Below, in pieces: positions 18,359-25,926 of a stretch of DNA of 64,000 nucleotides (positions are counted from its first letter, which is position 1; each line of letters starts with the position of its first letter). The notes under the pieces were generated by a model that worked only from the letters and a program-made list of their open reading frames with translations, was not told the DNA's origin and did no database searches. A program made the position numbers and the translations under genes. Source of the DNA: Acidimicrobiales bacterium (GTDB lineage Bacteria; Actinomycetota; Acidimicrobiia; Acidimicrobiales; Bog-793); contig JBKQMT010000174.1 of the NCBI GenBank assembly GCA_052146595.1, forward strand, positions 10,370-74,369, written 5' to 3'.

Positions 18359-18437
18359 GCGCAATCCCGGCCAGCGGCCCAGGGGCGTATCCCGGCCAGC
18401 GGCCCGGGGGCGTATCCCGGCGGCGGCAGGACTTGGG
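18331..18437. repeat. Degenerate tandem reiteration (4 copies, 22-25 nt) of the last codons of the upstream CDS
   Basis: TATCCCG / AATCCCG units start at 18341, 18363, 18388 and 18413. Copies 2 and 3 (atcccggccagcggccc[a/g]ggggcgt) differ at one base. Confidence 0.8.
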
Positions 18438-19085
18438 CTAGTGCGGCCCGCGCGCCGGCTTCGCCTCGGCCAGGGCACGGCGGACGCCATCGGCGTCGAG
18501 GTCCGTCGCATACACAGGGCTGCCCGGTTGCTGGCGCCACGAGTCGTCGAGGCCGCCGGCGTCGATCGGATCGAAGCCGATCTCGTCCACGAGGCGCATC
18601 ACGACTGCTTTCGCCGCCGCTTCGTCGCCTGCCACCGGCAGGGCGATGCGCCCGGGCGTGCCCTTGGGGCGGCCCAGCTCCAAGAGATGCTGCGCCTGGA
18701 TGTTGTTGAACGCCTTGACAACCGGGTGGCCGATCTGCCGAGAGACCCATCGGCTCTCGGTCATGCCGTTTTCGATCGCCTCGATACGCCCGTCGCGCTG
18801 GGGGTAGTAGTTGCAGGTGTCGATCACAACTGCACCGCCGGCCGCCCCGTCCAGGAAACCGCTCGGGAGATCGGGCACCTTGCCTTCAGGGATTGTCACG
18901 ACCACCACCTCGGCGCCCTTGGTCGCCTCGCGGAGGCTGGCCGCATGGGCACCGGTCGAGCTCGCCAGGTCCGCCAGGGTCTCGGGACCTCGTGAGTTCG
19001 CGACCGAGACCTCGTGGCCGACGGCGGTGAACCGCTTGGTGAGGGTCGTGCCGATATTGCCCGCGCCGACGACGCCAATTCTCAC
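18438..19085 (-). CDS. NADPH-dependent F420 reductase-like oxidoreductase (NADP_oxidoreductase coenzyme F420-dependent family)
   Basis: VRIGVVGAGNIGTTLTKRFTAVGHEVSVANSRGPETL Rossmann N-terminus. GTG at 19085 with GGAGG 5-6 nt upstream. The track ORF start at 19241 is probably an extension. Confidence 0.7.
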   Translation of the reverse strand: MRIGVVGAGNIGTTLTKRFTAVGHEVSVANSRGPETLADLASSTGAHAASLREATKGAEVVVVTIPEGKVPDLPSGFLDGAAGGAVVIDTCNYYPQRDGRIEAIENGMTESRWVSRQIGHPVVKAFNNIQAQHLLELGRPKGTPGRIALPVAGDEAAAKAVVMRLVDEIGFDPIDAGGLDDSWRQQPGSPVYATDLDADGVRRALAEAKPARGPH

Positions 19086-19228
19086 AGCTGCCTCCAAGGA
19101 CGGCGGCGACACCGCCGGGGTGTCCCTTCTGGATCGGGTCCGTCCCACGAGCGACAACGCCCTGCGAGAACGAATTCGTCCCGTTGCCTTCGTCCCGCCA
19201 GGGAAGCAGGGCGGGCTGCCTGCCGGCG

Positions 19229-19263
19229 TAGCTATTGACAATAGCTAATCGGCTAAGTACCAT
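19229..19263 (+). promoter_or_regulatory. Promoter TTGACA-N17-TACCAT with a perfect 19-bp palindrome (TAGCTATTG-a-CAATAGCTA) centred on the -35 box; probable TetR operator
   Basis: Palindrome at 19229-19247, TTGACA at 19235-19240, TACCAT at 19258-19263. The ATG of the hydrolase gene at 19270 lies 7 nt after the -10 box. Confidence 0.6.
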
Positions 19264-19269
19264 AGCTTC

Positions 19270-20097
19270 ATGACACCTCCCCCGATGCCCCAGAACACCA
19301 GTTACCTCGCCCGCCCCGAAGGGCGCATTGCCTACGACGTCTCGGGCGAGGGCACCCTGGTGGTGCTCGTGCCTGGCATGGGCGACCTACGCGCCACGTA
19401 CCGCTTTCTCGCGCCTTTCCTGCGCGAGGCCGGGTACCGGGCTGCCTGCGCCGACCTTCGCGGCCACGGCGACAGCGACACGACTTTCGGCAGCTACGGA
19501 GACGAGGAGACCGCCGGCGACATCATCGCCCTCATCTCCGAGCTGGGAGGCCCTGCGGTGGTCGTCGGCAACTCGATGGGCGCCGGCGCAGCCGTGCTCG
19601 TCGCCGCCGAAAGACCCGATCTCGTCATTGGCCTCGTGCTCGTCGGCCCGTTCGTTCGCGACGCCAAGACGAGCGCCGTCGCGCGCCTCCTCCTTCGCGT
19701 GGCCGTGACCCGGCCGCTCGTGGCCCTGTCGTGGCGCTCCTACCTGCCCAAGCTCTACGCCGGCCGGCGGCCCGCCGACTTCGCGGAGTACCGCGACAGG
19801 CTCATCGCCAGCCTGCGCCGGCCCGGGCACGCCAAGGCCTTCTCGGTCACCACGCACACGAGCCATGCGGCTGCCGAGGCGCGCCTCGGCGAGGTCTCCG
19901 TGCCGGTACTGGTCGTGATGGGGGAGAAGGACCCGGATTTCGCCGATCCCCGGGCGGAGTCAGACTGGATCGCGCAGGTCTCGGGTGCCGAGGTCGTGAT
20001 GGTGCCCGACGCTGGCCACTATCCGCAGTCGCAGCGACCGGACGTGACAGCTGAAGCAGTGCTCGGTTTCTTGGCAAAGGTGCGAGAGAGTGCCTAG
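19270..20097 (+). CDS. Alpha/beta-fold hydrolase
   Basis: VVLVPGMGD...VVGNSMGAGAA (GxSxG nucleophile elbow)...PDAGHYP. Confidence 0.8.
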   Translation: MTPPPMPQNTSYLARPEGRIAYDVSGEGTLVVLVPGMGDLRATYRFLAPFLREAGYRAACADLRGHGDSDTTFGSYGDEETAGDIIALISELGGPAVVVGNSMGAGAAVLVAAERPDLVIGLVLVGPFVRDAKTSAVARLLLRVAVTRPLVALSWRSYLPKLYAGRRPADFAEYRDRLIASLRRPGHAKAFSVTTHTSHAAAEARLGEVSVPVLVVMGEKDPDFADPRAESDWIAQVSGAEVVMVPDAGHYPQSQRPDVTAEAVLGFLAKVRESA

Positions 20098-20668
20098 GGC
20101 AGGCCTGAACGAGGCTCTCGTCGTCGAGGAGGCGGGGCGGATCGCCGATGAGCTGGGTCTGTCCCGCCTGACCATGGCCGCTGTCGCCGAGCGGCTGGGC
20201 GTTCGCCAACCGTCGCTCTACAAGCACGTCGAGAACATGGAGGACCTGCAGCGAAGCATCGCCCTGCGGGCGAAGAGGGACCTGGCCGACGTCCTTGGCC
20301 GGGCGGCGATCGGTCGCTCGCGCGGCGACGCCATCGTGGCGCTTTCACAGGCCTACCGTGCCTGGGCACACGAGCACCCCGGCCGCTACGCCGCGACCCA
20401 GCGCGCTCCCGCGCCCGGTGACGCCGACGACGAGGCCGCGAGCCGGGAGGCGACCCAGGTCGTCTTCGACGTCCTGGCCGGCTACGGGCTGCGTGACGAC
20501 GACGCCGTCGACGCCGCTCGGGCTCTTCGCTCGGCGCTGCACGGTTTCGTCACCCTCGAGGCGGCAGGTGGCTTCGGTCTCCCGGTCGACATCGACCGTA
20601 GCTTCGAACGGCTCGTCAGCGGGCTTGCGACGGCTCTGTCGAACTGGCCGAGCCTCGGCCGACGATAG
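20090..20668 (+). CDS. TetR-family transcriptional regulator
   Basis: LSRLTMAAVAERLGVRQPSLYKHVENMEDL (TetR HTH). Its start overlaps the hydrolase stop by 8 nt. Confidence 0.85.
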   Translation: MPRAGLNEALVVEEAGRIADELGLSRLTMAAVAERLGVRQPSLYKHVENMEDLQRSIALRAKRDLADVLGRAAIGRSRGDAIVALSQAYRAWAHEHPGRYAATQRAPAPGDADDEAASREATQVVFDVLAGYGLRDDDAVDAARALRSALHGFVTLEAAGGFGLPVDIDRSFERLVSGLATALSNWPSLGRR

Positions 20669-20765
20669 AGGCGGCGGTGCGGGCCCGGCCTCGGTAGAAA
20701 GGCCGCTGCGGGCCCCGGCCGGCGATAGAAACGGTGCGAGGCGAACGACACGGAGGCGAGACGAT
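20646..20765. repeat. Degenerate tandem reiteration (about 30-nt unit, 3-4 copies) of the TetR gene 3' end including its stop codon
   Basis: ggccgacgATAGAg / ggcctcggTAGAAa / ggccggcgATAGAAa, each preceded by gcgggcc(c)cggcc-like sequence. Confidence 0.7.
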
Positions 20766-20938
20766 GCCCACTCCTGGAGCGGCCGAATGGCGACATGCCC
20801 TTGGACGGGTCGGAGTCTGGGTGTCTTCGCGAGCCATGCGGAGGGATCGATGCCGGCGCGCTCGAAGTGCTGGCCCCGGTCCTGCTCGCCCTTTGAGCCC
20901 GCAGCGGGGAAGCTGGAAGCAGACAAGAAAGGCGCAAG

Positions 20939-21724
20939 ATGGCTCGCATACTGATCACCGGCTCTTCTGACGGGCTCGGCCTCATGGCCGCGCAGCTCCT
21001 GGCGGGCCAGCACCACGACGTCGTCCTGCACGCTCGCAACGAGAGCCGCGCCGCCGACGCCGTCAGGTCGCTGCCGGAAGCGACCGGTGTCGTCGTCGGG
21101 GACCTGGCCACCATGGCCGCCATGCGTCAGGTCGCGGAGCAGGCCAACGCCGCCGGCCCTTTGGACGCCGTGATCCACAACGCCGCCGTCGGCTCGAGCG
21201 AACCTCGCCGGGTCGTGACCGCAGACGGCCTCAGCCACGTCTTTGCCATCAACGTCCTTGCCCCGTACTTGCTCACCGCCCTGATCGAGATGCCGAAACG
21301 GCTGATCTACATGAGCTCGGGCATGAACCGGGGCGGCAACCCGCATCTCGACGACCTGCAGTGGGAGCACCGCCGCTGGAGCGGCTCCCAGGCTTACTCG
21401 GACAGCAAGCTCTTCATCGCCGCGCTCGCGGCGGCGGTCGCACGCCATCGAACCGACGTGTTGTCCAACGCGGTCGATCCGGGCTGGGTGGCCACGAAGA
21501 TGGGAGGTCCGGGTGCACCTGACGACCTGGCCCTGGGAGCGGTCACCCAGGCGTGGCTCGCCGTCAGTGACGATCCGGAGGCCCTCGTGTCAGGCACGTT
21601 CTTGTTCCATCAGCGCCCATGCCCGGCGAACCCCTCGATGCACGACGAGCACCTGCAGGAGGACCTGCTGGCGGCTTGCGCCGGCATCAGCGGAGTCGTC
21701 CTGTTCGGCACCGGGCGGGGCTGA
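20939..21724 (+). CDS. Short-chain dehydrogenase/reductase (SDR)
   Basis: MARILITGSSDGLGLMAA (TGxxxGxG), NAAV, YSDSK (YxxxK). Confidence 0.85.
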   Translation: MARILITGSSDGLGLMAAQLLAGQHHDVVLHARNESRAADAVRSLPEATGVVVGDLATMAAMRQVAEQANAAGPLDAVIHNAAVGSSEPRRVVTADGLSHVFAINVLAPYLLTALIEMPKRLIYMSSGMNRGGNPHLDDLQWEHRRWSGSQAYSDSKLFIAALAAAVARHRTDVLSNAVDPGWVATKMGGPGAPDDLALGAVTQAWLAVSDDPEALVSGTFLFHQRPCPANPSMHDEHLQEDLLAACAGISGVVLFGTGRG

Positions 21725-21744
21725 CGCGGCCGCTCCGGCGCTTC

Positions 21745-23253
21745 TCAGGCTCGCACGACCTCGAGCGTCGACAGGGTCGGGTCGGCTGCGTAAGCCACGC
21801 GCACCCCGTGGGCCGTGACCGCCCTCAGGCCGGAGAGGAGAGCCTCGGTGACAAGCTCGCCGGGCGCCAGCACGGGGATGCCGGGCGGGTAGGGAGCGAT
21901 CAGCTCAGCAGAGACCCGTCCCACGGCGAGGTCCGCAGGGACCGGTTCGTGAGCGGAGAAGAACGCCGCCCGCGGGCTCATGGCGTACACGGGCTGGACG
22001 TCCCAGCTCAAGGCGACCGAGGGCGAGCGGGCCAGGCCAGAGGTGGCGCGAATCGCCGGGATCAGGGCGCTCACGAGCTTGTCCAGCGTGGACTCGTCGT
22101 CGGCGACGGTGACGATCGCCACCATGGTGTCCCGGTCGGCCAGCTCCAGGGGAAGCCCCTGCTCGATGAGCCTGCGCTCGATCTCGACACCGTTTGCTCC
22201 CACTCCCGAGAGCAGCAGGACCAGTCGCGTCGGGTCGAAGCGACCGGGTGGGAAGAAGCGCTCGTCAGGCACCACGAGCCCCGGGACCTCTTCACGCAAG
22301 CGTTGCCGGGCCTTGGCGACACTGCGGAGGACGCCTTCGAGCAATTCCGGCCCGCGAGCCTCCATCAGCGCACGGGTGGCGTCGATGCTCGCCAGCACCG
22401 CGCCGGCCGTGCTCGTGGTGTGACCGGCCTCGAATCCCCGGTCGAGCCGGTCAGGATCCAGTCGCAGGGTGCGGGCGCACACCAGGCTTGCCTGGGTGTA
22501 GCCGGTGAGGAGCTTGTGGATGCTCGTCACCATCGCGTCGGCCCCGAGCGCCATCGCGTTGGGCGGCAGCTCCGGGTGGTGACCGAAGTGTGCTCCCCAC
22601 GCCTGGTCCACTATGACGGGCACGTCATGGGAGTGGGCGACCTCGATTATGCCTGCGAGGTCCGAGAGCGTGCCCAGGTACCCCGGCTCGGTGACGAGCA
22701 CGGCGCGAGCGTCGGCGTTGGCCTTGAGCGTCTTTTCGACGTCCTCGACTGCCACTCCGAGCGGCATCCCCGTGGCTGGGTCGATGCTCGTCGGCAGCCA
22801 GCAGGGTTCGAGGTCGGCGAGCACCAGGCCCAGGAGGACGGACCGGTGGAGCGAACGGGTGACGACGACCTTGTCGCCCGGCTGGCCGATGGCGAGGCAG
22901 AGCGCCTGGTTGCAGTGCGTGGAGCCCCCTGAGGAGTATCGGCACCAGTCCGCGCCGTACAGCTTCGCAGCGAGCCCCTCGGCCGCCGCGAGGAGACCAC
23001 GCCCCGACTTGACCGTGTCGATGCCGCCGTAGAGAGGGACGTCGCCCGCGAGCACTGCCGCCAGGTCCTTGTCGAGCACTGCTGCCCGACCCTTGTGGCC
23101 GGGCGTGATGAAAGGTGTCGGGCTCGACTCGAGGTAGCTCAGATAGCCGTTGAGGAGCGGCGCGGTGGCGCGAAGGCTCGCCGCGTCGGCCGTCTCGGTC
23201 GCGCCAGGCCGCTCGGGCGCGGCTTTGCCACGCAGTTGGGGGGGTGTTTTCAT
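21745..23253 (-). CDS. PLP-dependent Orn/Lys/Arg decarboxylase (OKR_DC_1 major-domain family)
   Basis: TPGHKGR..., SGGSTHCNQAL, VDQAWGAHF, VTSIHKLLTGYTQAS (PLP-Lys). Confidence 0.85.
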   Translation of the reverse strand: MKTPPQLRGKAAPERPGATETADAASLRATAPLLNGYLSYLESSPTPFITPGHKGRAAVLDKDLAAVLAGDVPLYGGIDTVKSGRGLLAAAEGLAAKLYGADWCRYSSGGSTHCNQALCLAIGQPGDKVVVTRSLHRSVLLGLVLADLEPCWLPTSIDPATGMPLGVAVEDVEKTLKANADARAVLVTEPGYLGTLSDLAGIIEVAHSHDVPVIVDQAWGAHFGHHPELPPNAMALGADAMVTSIHKLLTGYTQASLVCARTLRLDPDRLDRGFEAGHTTSTAGAVLASIDATRALMEARGPELLEGVLRSVAKARQRLREEVPGLVVPDERFFPPGRFDPTRLVLLLSGVGANGVEIERRLIEQGLPLELADRDTMVAIVTVADDESTLDKLVSALIPAIRATSGLARSPSVALSWDVQPVYAMSPRAAFFSAHEPVPADLAVGRVSAELIAPYPPGIPVLAPGELVTEALLSGLRAVTAHGVRVAYAADPTLSTLEVVRA

Positions 23254-23365
23254 GCACTCACTCTGGGCCCGAGACTAATGACTCCTTATCAGCTCGGCCA
23301 AAAGTTGCCAGCTGGAGCTGGGAGCTGGCCCACCTGCACGATTTTCGGAAGAGCCCTTCGAAATG

Positions 23366-23635
23366 GGCGAAGGCCGCGACCCGGCGGCGAGCGCCGAGAA
23401 ACGCGACCCGGCGGCGAGCGCCGAGAAACGCGACCGGGCGGACAGGGCCGAGCACAGCGATCCGGCGGACAGAAGCGAGAAAGCCGAGAGGAAGCTGCCG
23501 ATGGAGCCGATCGAGCACGCCGAGCCGATGGAGCCGATGGACAGCACAGAGCCCCTCGAGCCGATCGAGAGAAACGAGCCCTCCGACCACAGCGACCACC
23601 GAGACCTGCCCACGCCCACGTTCTTATCATCCGGA
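23366..23635. repeat. Degenerate tandem array, 27-nt unit in about 10 copies with an underlying 9-nt (x-[E/D]-x) periodicity
   Basis: The 27-mer cgcgacccggcggcgagcgccgagaaa is exactly duplicated (23375-23401 and 23402-23428), and later copies diverge progressively. All six frames are open across the array. Confidence 0.85.
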
Positions 23636-23825
23636 CCGGATCGCGCCGCGCCGCCTTCGAAGCTTTCCCCGAGGTCATCATCCGTTAAGGGTCACGGCTC
23701 TAGGAGCTTGCTCGTGCTGGTGAGGGAACCGCCGGCCGTCTTTGCGACTCGTCATTCCCGCGTTGGCGGCGTGCACGGGTCTCGTCCCCGGGAGCGCTCG
23801 CCGTTGAGCTGGCAAACTGGCTACG

Positions 23826-24130
23826 TGCCCGATACCGCCTTTCACCTCATCGCCGATGTCAGCTCGGACACGCCCGGCGCGATCGGGTCCTTGCTCGAGG
23901 AGCTCATCGACGGCACCGTCACGGCCACTCCTGATGGGTTCCACGTCGATGGCTTCATGCGCGGCTCGGACGCTCGCGAGCTCAACCGCTTCTTGTTGTC
24001 AGCACTGCGTCGGGTCGAGCGGCGGACGCGCCTGCGCGCGGAGTGGACGGCCAACGGCGAGACGAACCGTTTCTTCGACTACGTGCCCAAGGGGACGCGT
24101 CCCGCGCCACGGACTCAGCCCGAAGCCTGA
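23826..24130 (+). CDS. Small hypothetical protein (about 101 aa) of unknown function; the start is uncertain
   Basis: The 3' part of track ORF 23363..24130. By eye, codon third positions become G/C-rich only from about 23826 (VPDTAFHLIADVSSDTPGAIGSLLEELIDGTVTATPDGFHVDGFMRGSDARELNRFLLSALRRVERRTRLRAEWTANGETNRFFDYVPKG). Alternative starts are TTG 23805 or ATG 23363. Confidence 0.45.
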
Positions 24131-24247
24131 GGACGCGGCCGCAGCTTCGCTTCACAGGCAGCCCGCTTCAGGCACAGGCGGCCCGCCGCTTCGACGTACC
24201 GCCGGGCTTCAACGCTGTCACTCGCGGCTGCGCCCACTGACGCGACA

Positions 24248-24277
24248 GTGCCCGCCCCTTTGTCCGGGAGCGGGCAC
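24248..24277 (+). terminator. Hairpin (8-bp perfect stem gtgcccgc/gcgggcac) about 120 nt after the small ORF stop, followed by a T-containing tract
   Basis: Read directly; followed by ccatctgttcagttgtctgc. Confidence 0.4.
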
Positions 24278-24439
24278 CCATCTGTTCAGTTGTCTGCATC
24301 CCAAGAACGCCGTCGAGTCTCCGGGAGCTTTGAGGCCTCAGGCGAGCTTTGTGCGCTCTGGCCGCTGCGTAATGCCCCTACCGGCGCATCGCCGTCGCCG
24401 TGATTCCTGAGTGCCAGCCTCGGTCTAAGAGGTGCCTCC

Positions 24440-24600
24440 GGGCTTCTGGTCACCCCTTGGGGTGCATAGGAATTCGTCTCGCACGCTTGAGTTCGAGCCC
24501 CCTTCCTGATTCCACTCCGGGAACCACAGACAAGCCTACCCCCTTCCGTTCCCGGTTCATGCGCTTCAGCTCGGGCCTGGACCGAGTAGGCCCGCCCGGG
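24440..24600 (+). ncRNA. Candidate structured RNA or 5' leader with C-rich loop motifs (very tentative; strand not established)
   Basis: The exact 9-mer CCCCCTTCC occurs twice (24498-24506 and 24539-24547). The second sits in the loop of a perfect 8-bp hairpin, ccgggaac...gttcccgg (24517-24555). No coding signal is visible. Confidence 0.2.
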
Positions 24601-24647
24601 CGGAAGGACCGAGAGCAGCTGCCCTATCGGTGGTCTACCGTGGCGCC

Positions 24648-25025
24648 ATGATCACCGCCGTGCACACCCTGGTCTACTCCGACGACGCCGAGGCGACTCG
24701 GGCTTTCTTTCGGGACGTCCTCGGTTGGCCGAGCGTGGACGTTCACGGCGGCTGGCTCATCTACAAGACAGGGCCGTCGGAGCTCGGGGTGCACCCGATC
24801 TCGGGCGAGCGTGACGGAGAAACATGGTCGACACACCAGCACCACGAGATCTCTCTCATCTGCGACGACATCGAAGCGACCGTGGCCGAGCTGACGGCCA
24901 GGGGCGCCACGTTCGCACGTGAGGTGAGAGACGACGGTTACGGTCTGACAACAGCCTTGGCAGTGCCCGGCGCGGGCGAGATGCTGCTCTACGAGCCGAG
25001 GCACCCTACCGCATACGGCCTTTGA
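24648..25025 (+). CDS. VOC/glyoxalase-family protein
   Basis: MITAVHTLVYSDDAEATRAFFRDVLGWP...HHEISLICDDIEATVAELTARGATF. The track start at 24630 (GTG) is also possible. Confidence 0.7.
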   Translation: MITAVHTLVYSDDAEATRAFFRDVLGWPSVDVHGGWLIYKTGPSELGVHPISGERDGETWSTHQHHEISLICDDIEATVAELTARGATFAREVRDDGYGLTTALAVPGAGEMLLYEPRHPTAYGL

Positions 25026-25044
25026 CCAGGGCTGGCCAAGGGCC

Positions 25045-25875
25045 GTGTCTGCGCTGCCTGACGTCTCGCTGACGGCTTTCGGCGTCGCCGCCGCCCGTGC
25101 CGCTGAGACGGCCCGCCCGGACCGGCTCTTCGCCGATCGGTTCGCGACCGGCTTCCTTCGCGCGGCGGGCTCTCGCTGGGTCGAGCGTGCCGGGGAGCGT
25201 CAGCTCCCCGAGGCCCTAGGTGACTGGATAGCCGTCCGCACCCGCTTCCTCGACGATCTCCTCCTCGACGCCTGCGCCGGTGGAACGCGGCAAGTGGTGA
25301 TCCTCGGCGCCGGCCTCGATGCCCGCGCCCTCCGGTTGGCCTGGCCGGACAAGCTCCGGCTCTTCGAGCTCGACCTGCCCGGCGTGCTGGCTTTCAAAGA
25401 GGGGGTGATTCGCGACGAGGGCTGGGAGCCTTCTTGTGAACGAGTGGCGGTGCCCGCAGATCTCGCCGAGGACTGGGGCGGGGCGCTTTGCGACTACGGC
25501 CTGGACCCCGGGGCGCCGGTGGCCTGGGTGGCCGAGGGCCTGCTCGCTTACCTTTCCCCGCAAGCGAGCGATTCGCTCGTCGTTCGCGCGGGCGCGCTAT
25601 CGCCACCGGGCAGCCGGCTTGGTCTCACCTTGGCGAGCTCGAGACGCCTCGAGGCCTGGCGCGAGGCCCATCCCGAGGGCACGGGCGGGCCGGGTGACTA
25701 TGTCGCCCTCTGGCGTTCTGCCAATGCCGAGCATGCCGCCGAATGGCTCGACGCTCACGGTTGGAGCGCCAAGGTCTTCGACGTGGCGGAGCGCGCGGCC
25801 GCCTATGGAAGGCAACTCGGAGGAGTCACCCGTCACGAGAACGGTGCCCGGCTCGTCGACGCCGAGCACGCATAG
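25045..25875 (+). CDS. Class I SAM-dependent methyltransferase (LCMT / mycobacterial putative O-methyltransferase family)
   Basis: TAFGVAAARAAETARPDRLFADRFA...QVVILGAGLDARALRL...WVAEGLLAYL. Confidence 0.75.
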   Translation: MSALPDVSLTAFGVAAARAAETARPDRLFADRFATGFLRAAGSRWVERAGERQLPEALGDWIAVRTRFLDDLLLDACAGGTRQVVILGAGLDARALRLAWPDKLRLFELDLPGVLAFKEGVIRDEGWEPSCERVAVPADLAEDWGGALCDYGLDPGAPVAWVAEGLLAYLSPQASDSLVVRAGALSPPGSRLGLTLASSRRLEAWREAHPEGTGGPGDYVALWRSANAEHAAEWLDAHGWSAKVFDVAERAAAYGRQLGGVTRHENGARLVDAEHA

Positions 25876-25926
25876 AGCTTCCCGCGCAGTCCGGCCCGGA
25901 TCGCCTCGAGCCTGGGAGAGGCGTCC

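Noticed and set aside
20734-20970. 78-aa ORF in the TetR/SDR intergenic region.
   Set aside because: It is Arg-rich with no RBS, and it overlaps the tandem-repeat relics and the SDR start. It is probably non-coding.
23275-23619. Minus-strand Ser-rich ORF (SIGSIGSACSIGS…) as a leader or upstream gene of the decarboxylase.
   Set aside because: It shares wobble positions with the plus-strand frame, so G/C-rich third positions are uninformative. Its last 30 or so codons (23275-23365) have low third-position G+C and rare codons. It is kept only as an alternative reading in the repeat-array finding.
23366-23635. CRISPR array.
   Set aside because: The repeats are contiguous (27-nt units head to tail) with no unique spacers, and there are no cas genes in the window.
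24469-24513. tRNA or tRNA 3' fragment (gagttcgagccccc resembles a T-arm) as a possible integration site.
   Set aside because: The nucleotides flanking the TTCGAGC loop (ttgag / cccct) cannot pair. I could not build an acceptor stem, D-arm or anticodon arm on either strand.
24560-24625. SRP RNA, ykkC/guanidine or ZTP riboswitch (cggaagga, ggaccgagag and cccgggcgg strings).
   Set aside because: Only short partial matches exist. The order of the elements is wrong for ykkC, the SRP GGAAGCAGC core is interrupted, and the ZTP CGCCUGGGCA box is absent. An Rfam scan is needed for a final answer.
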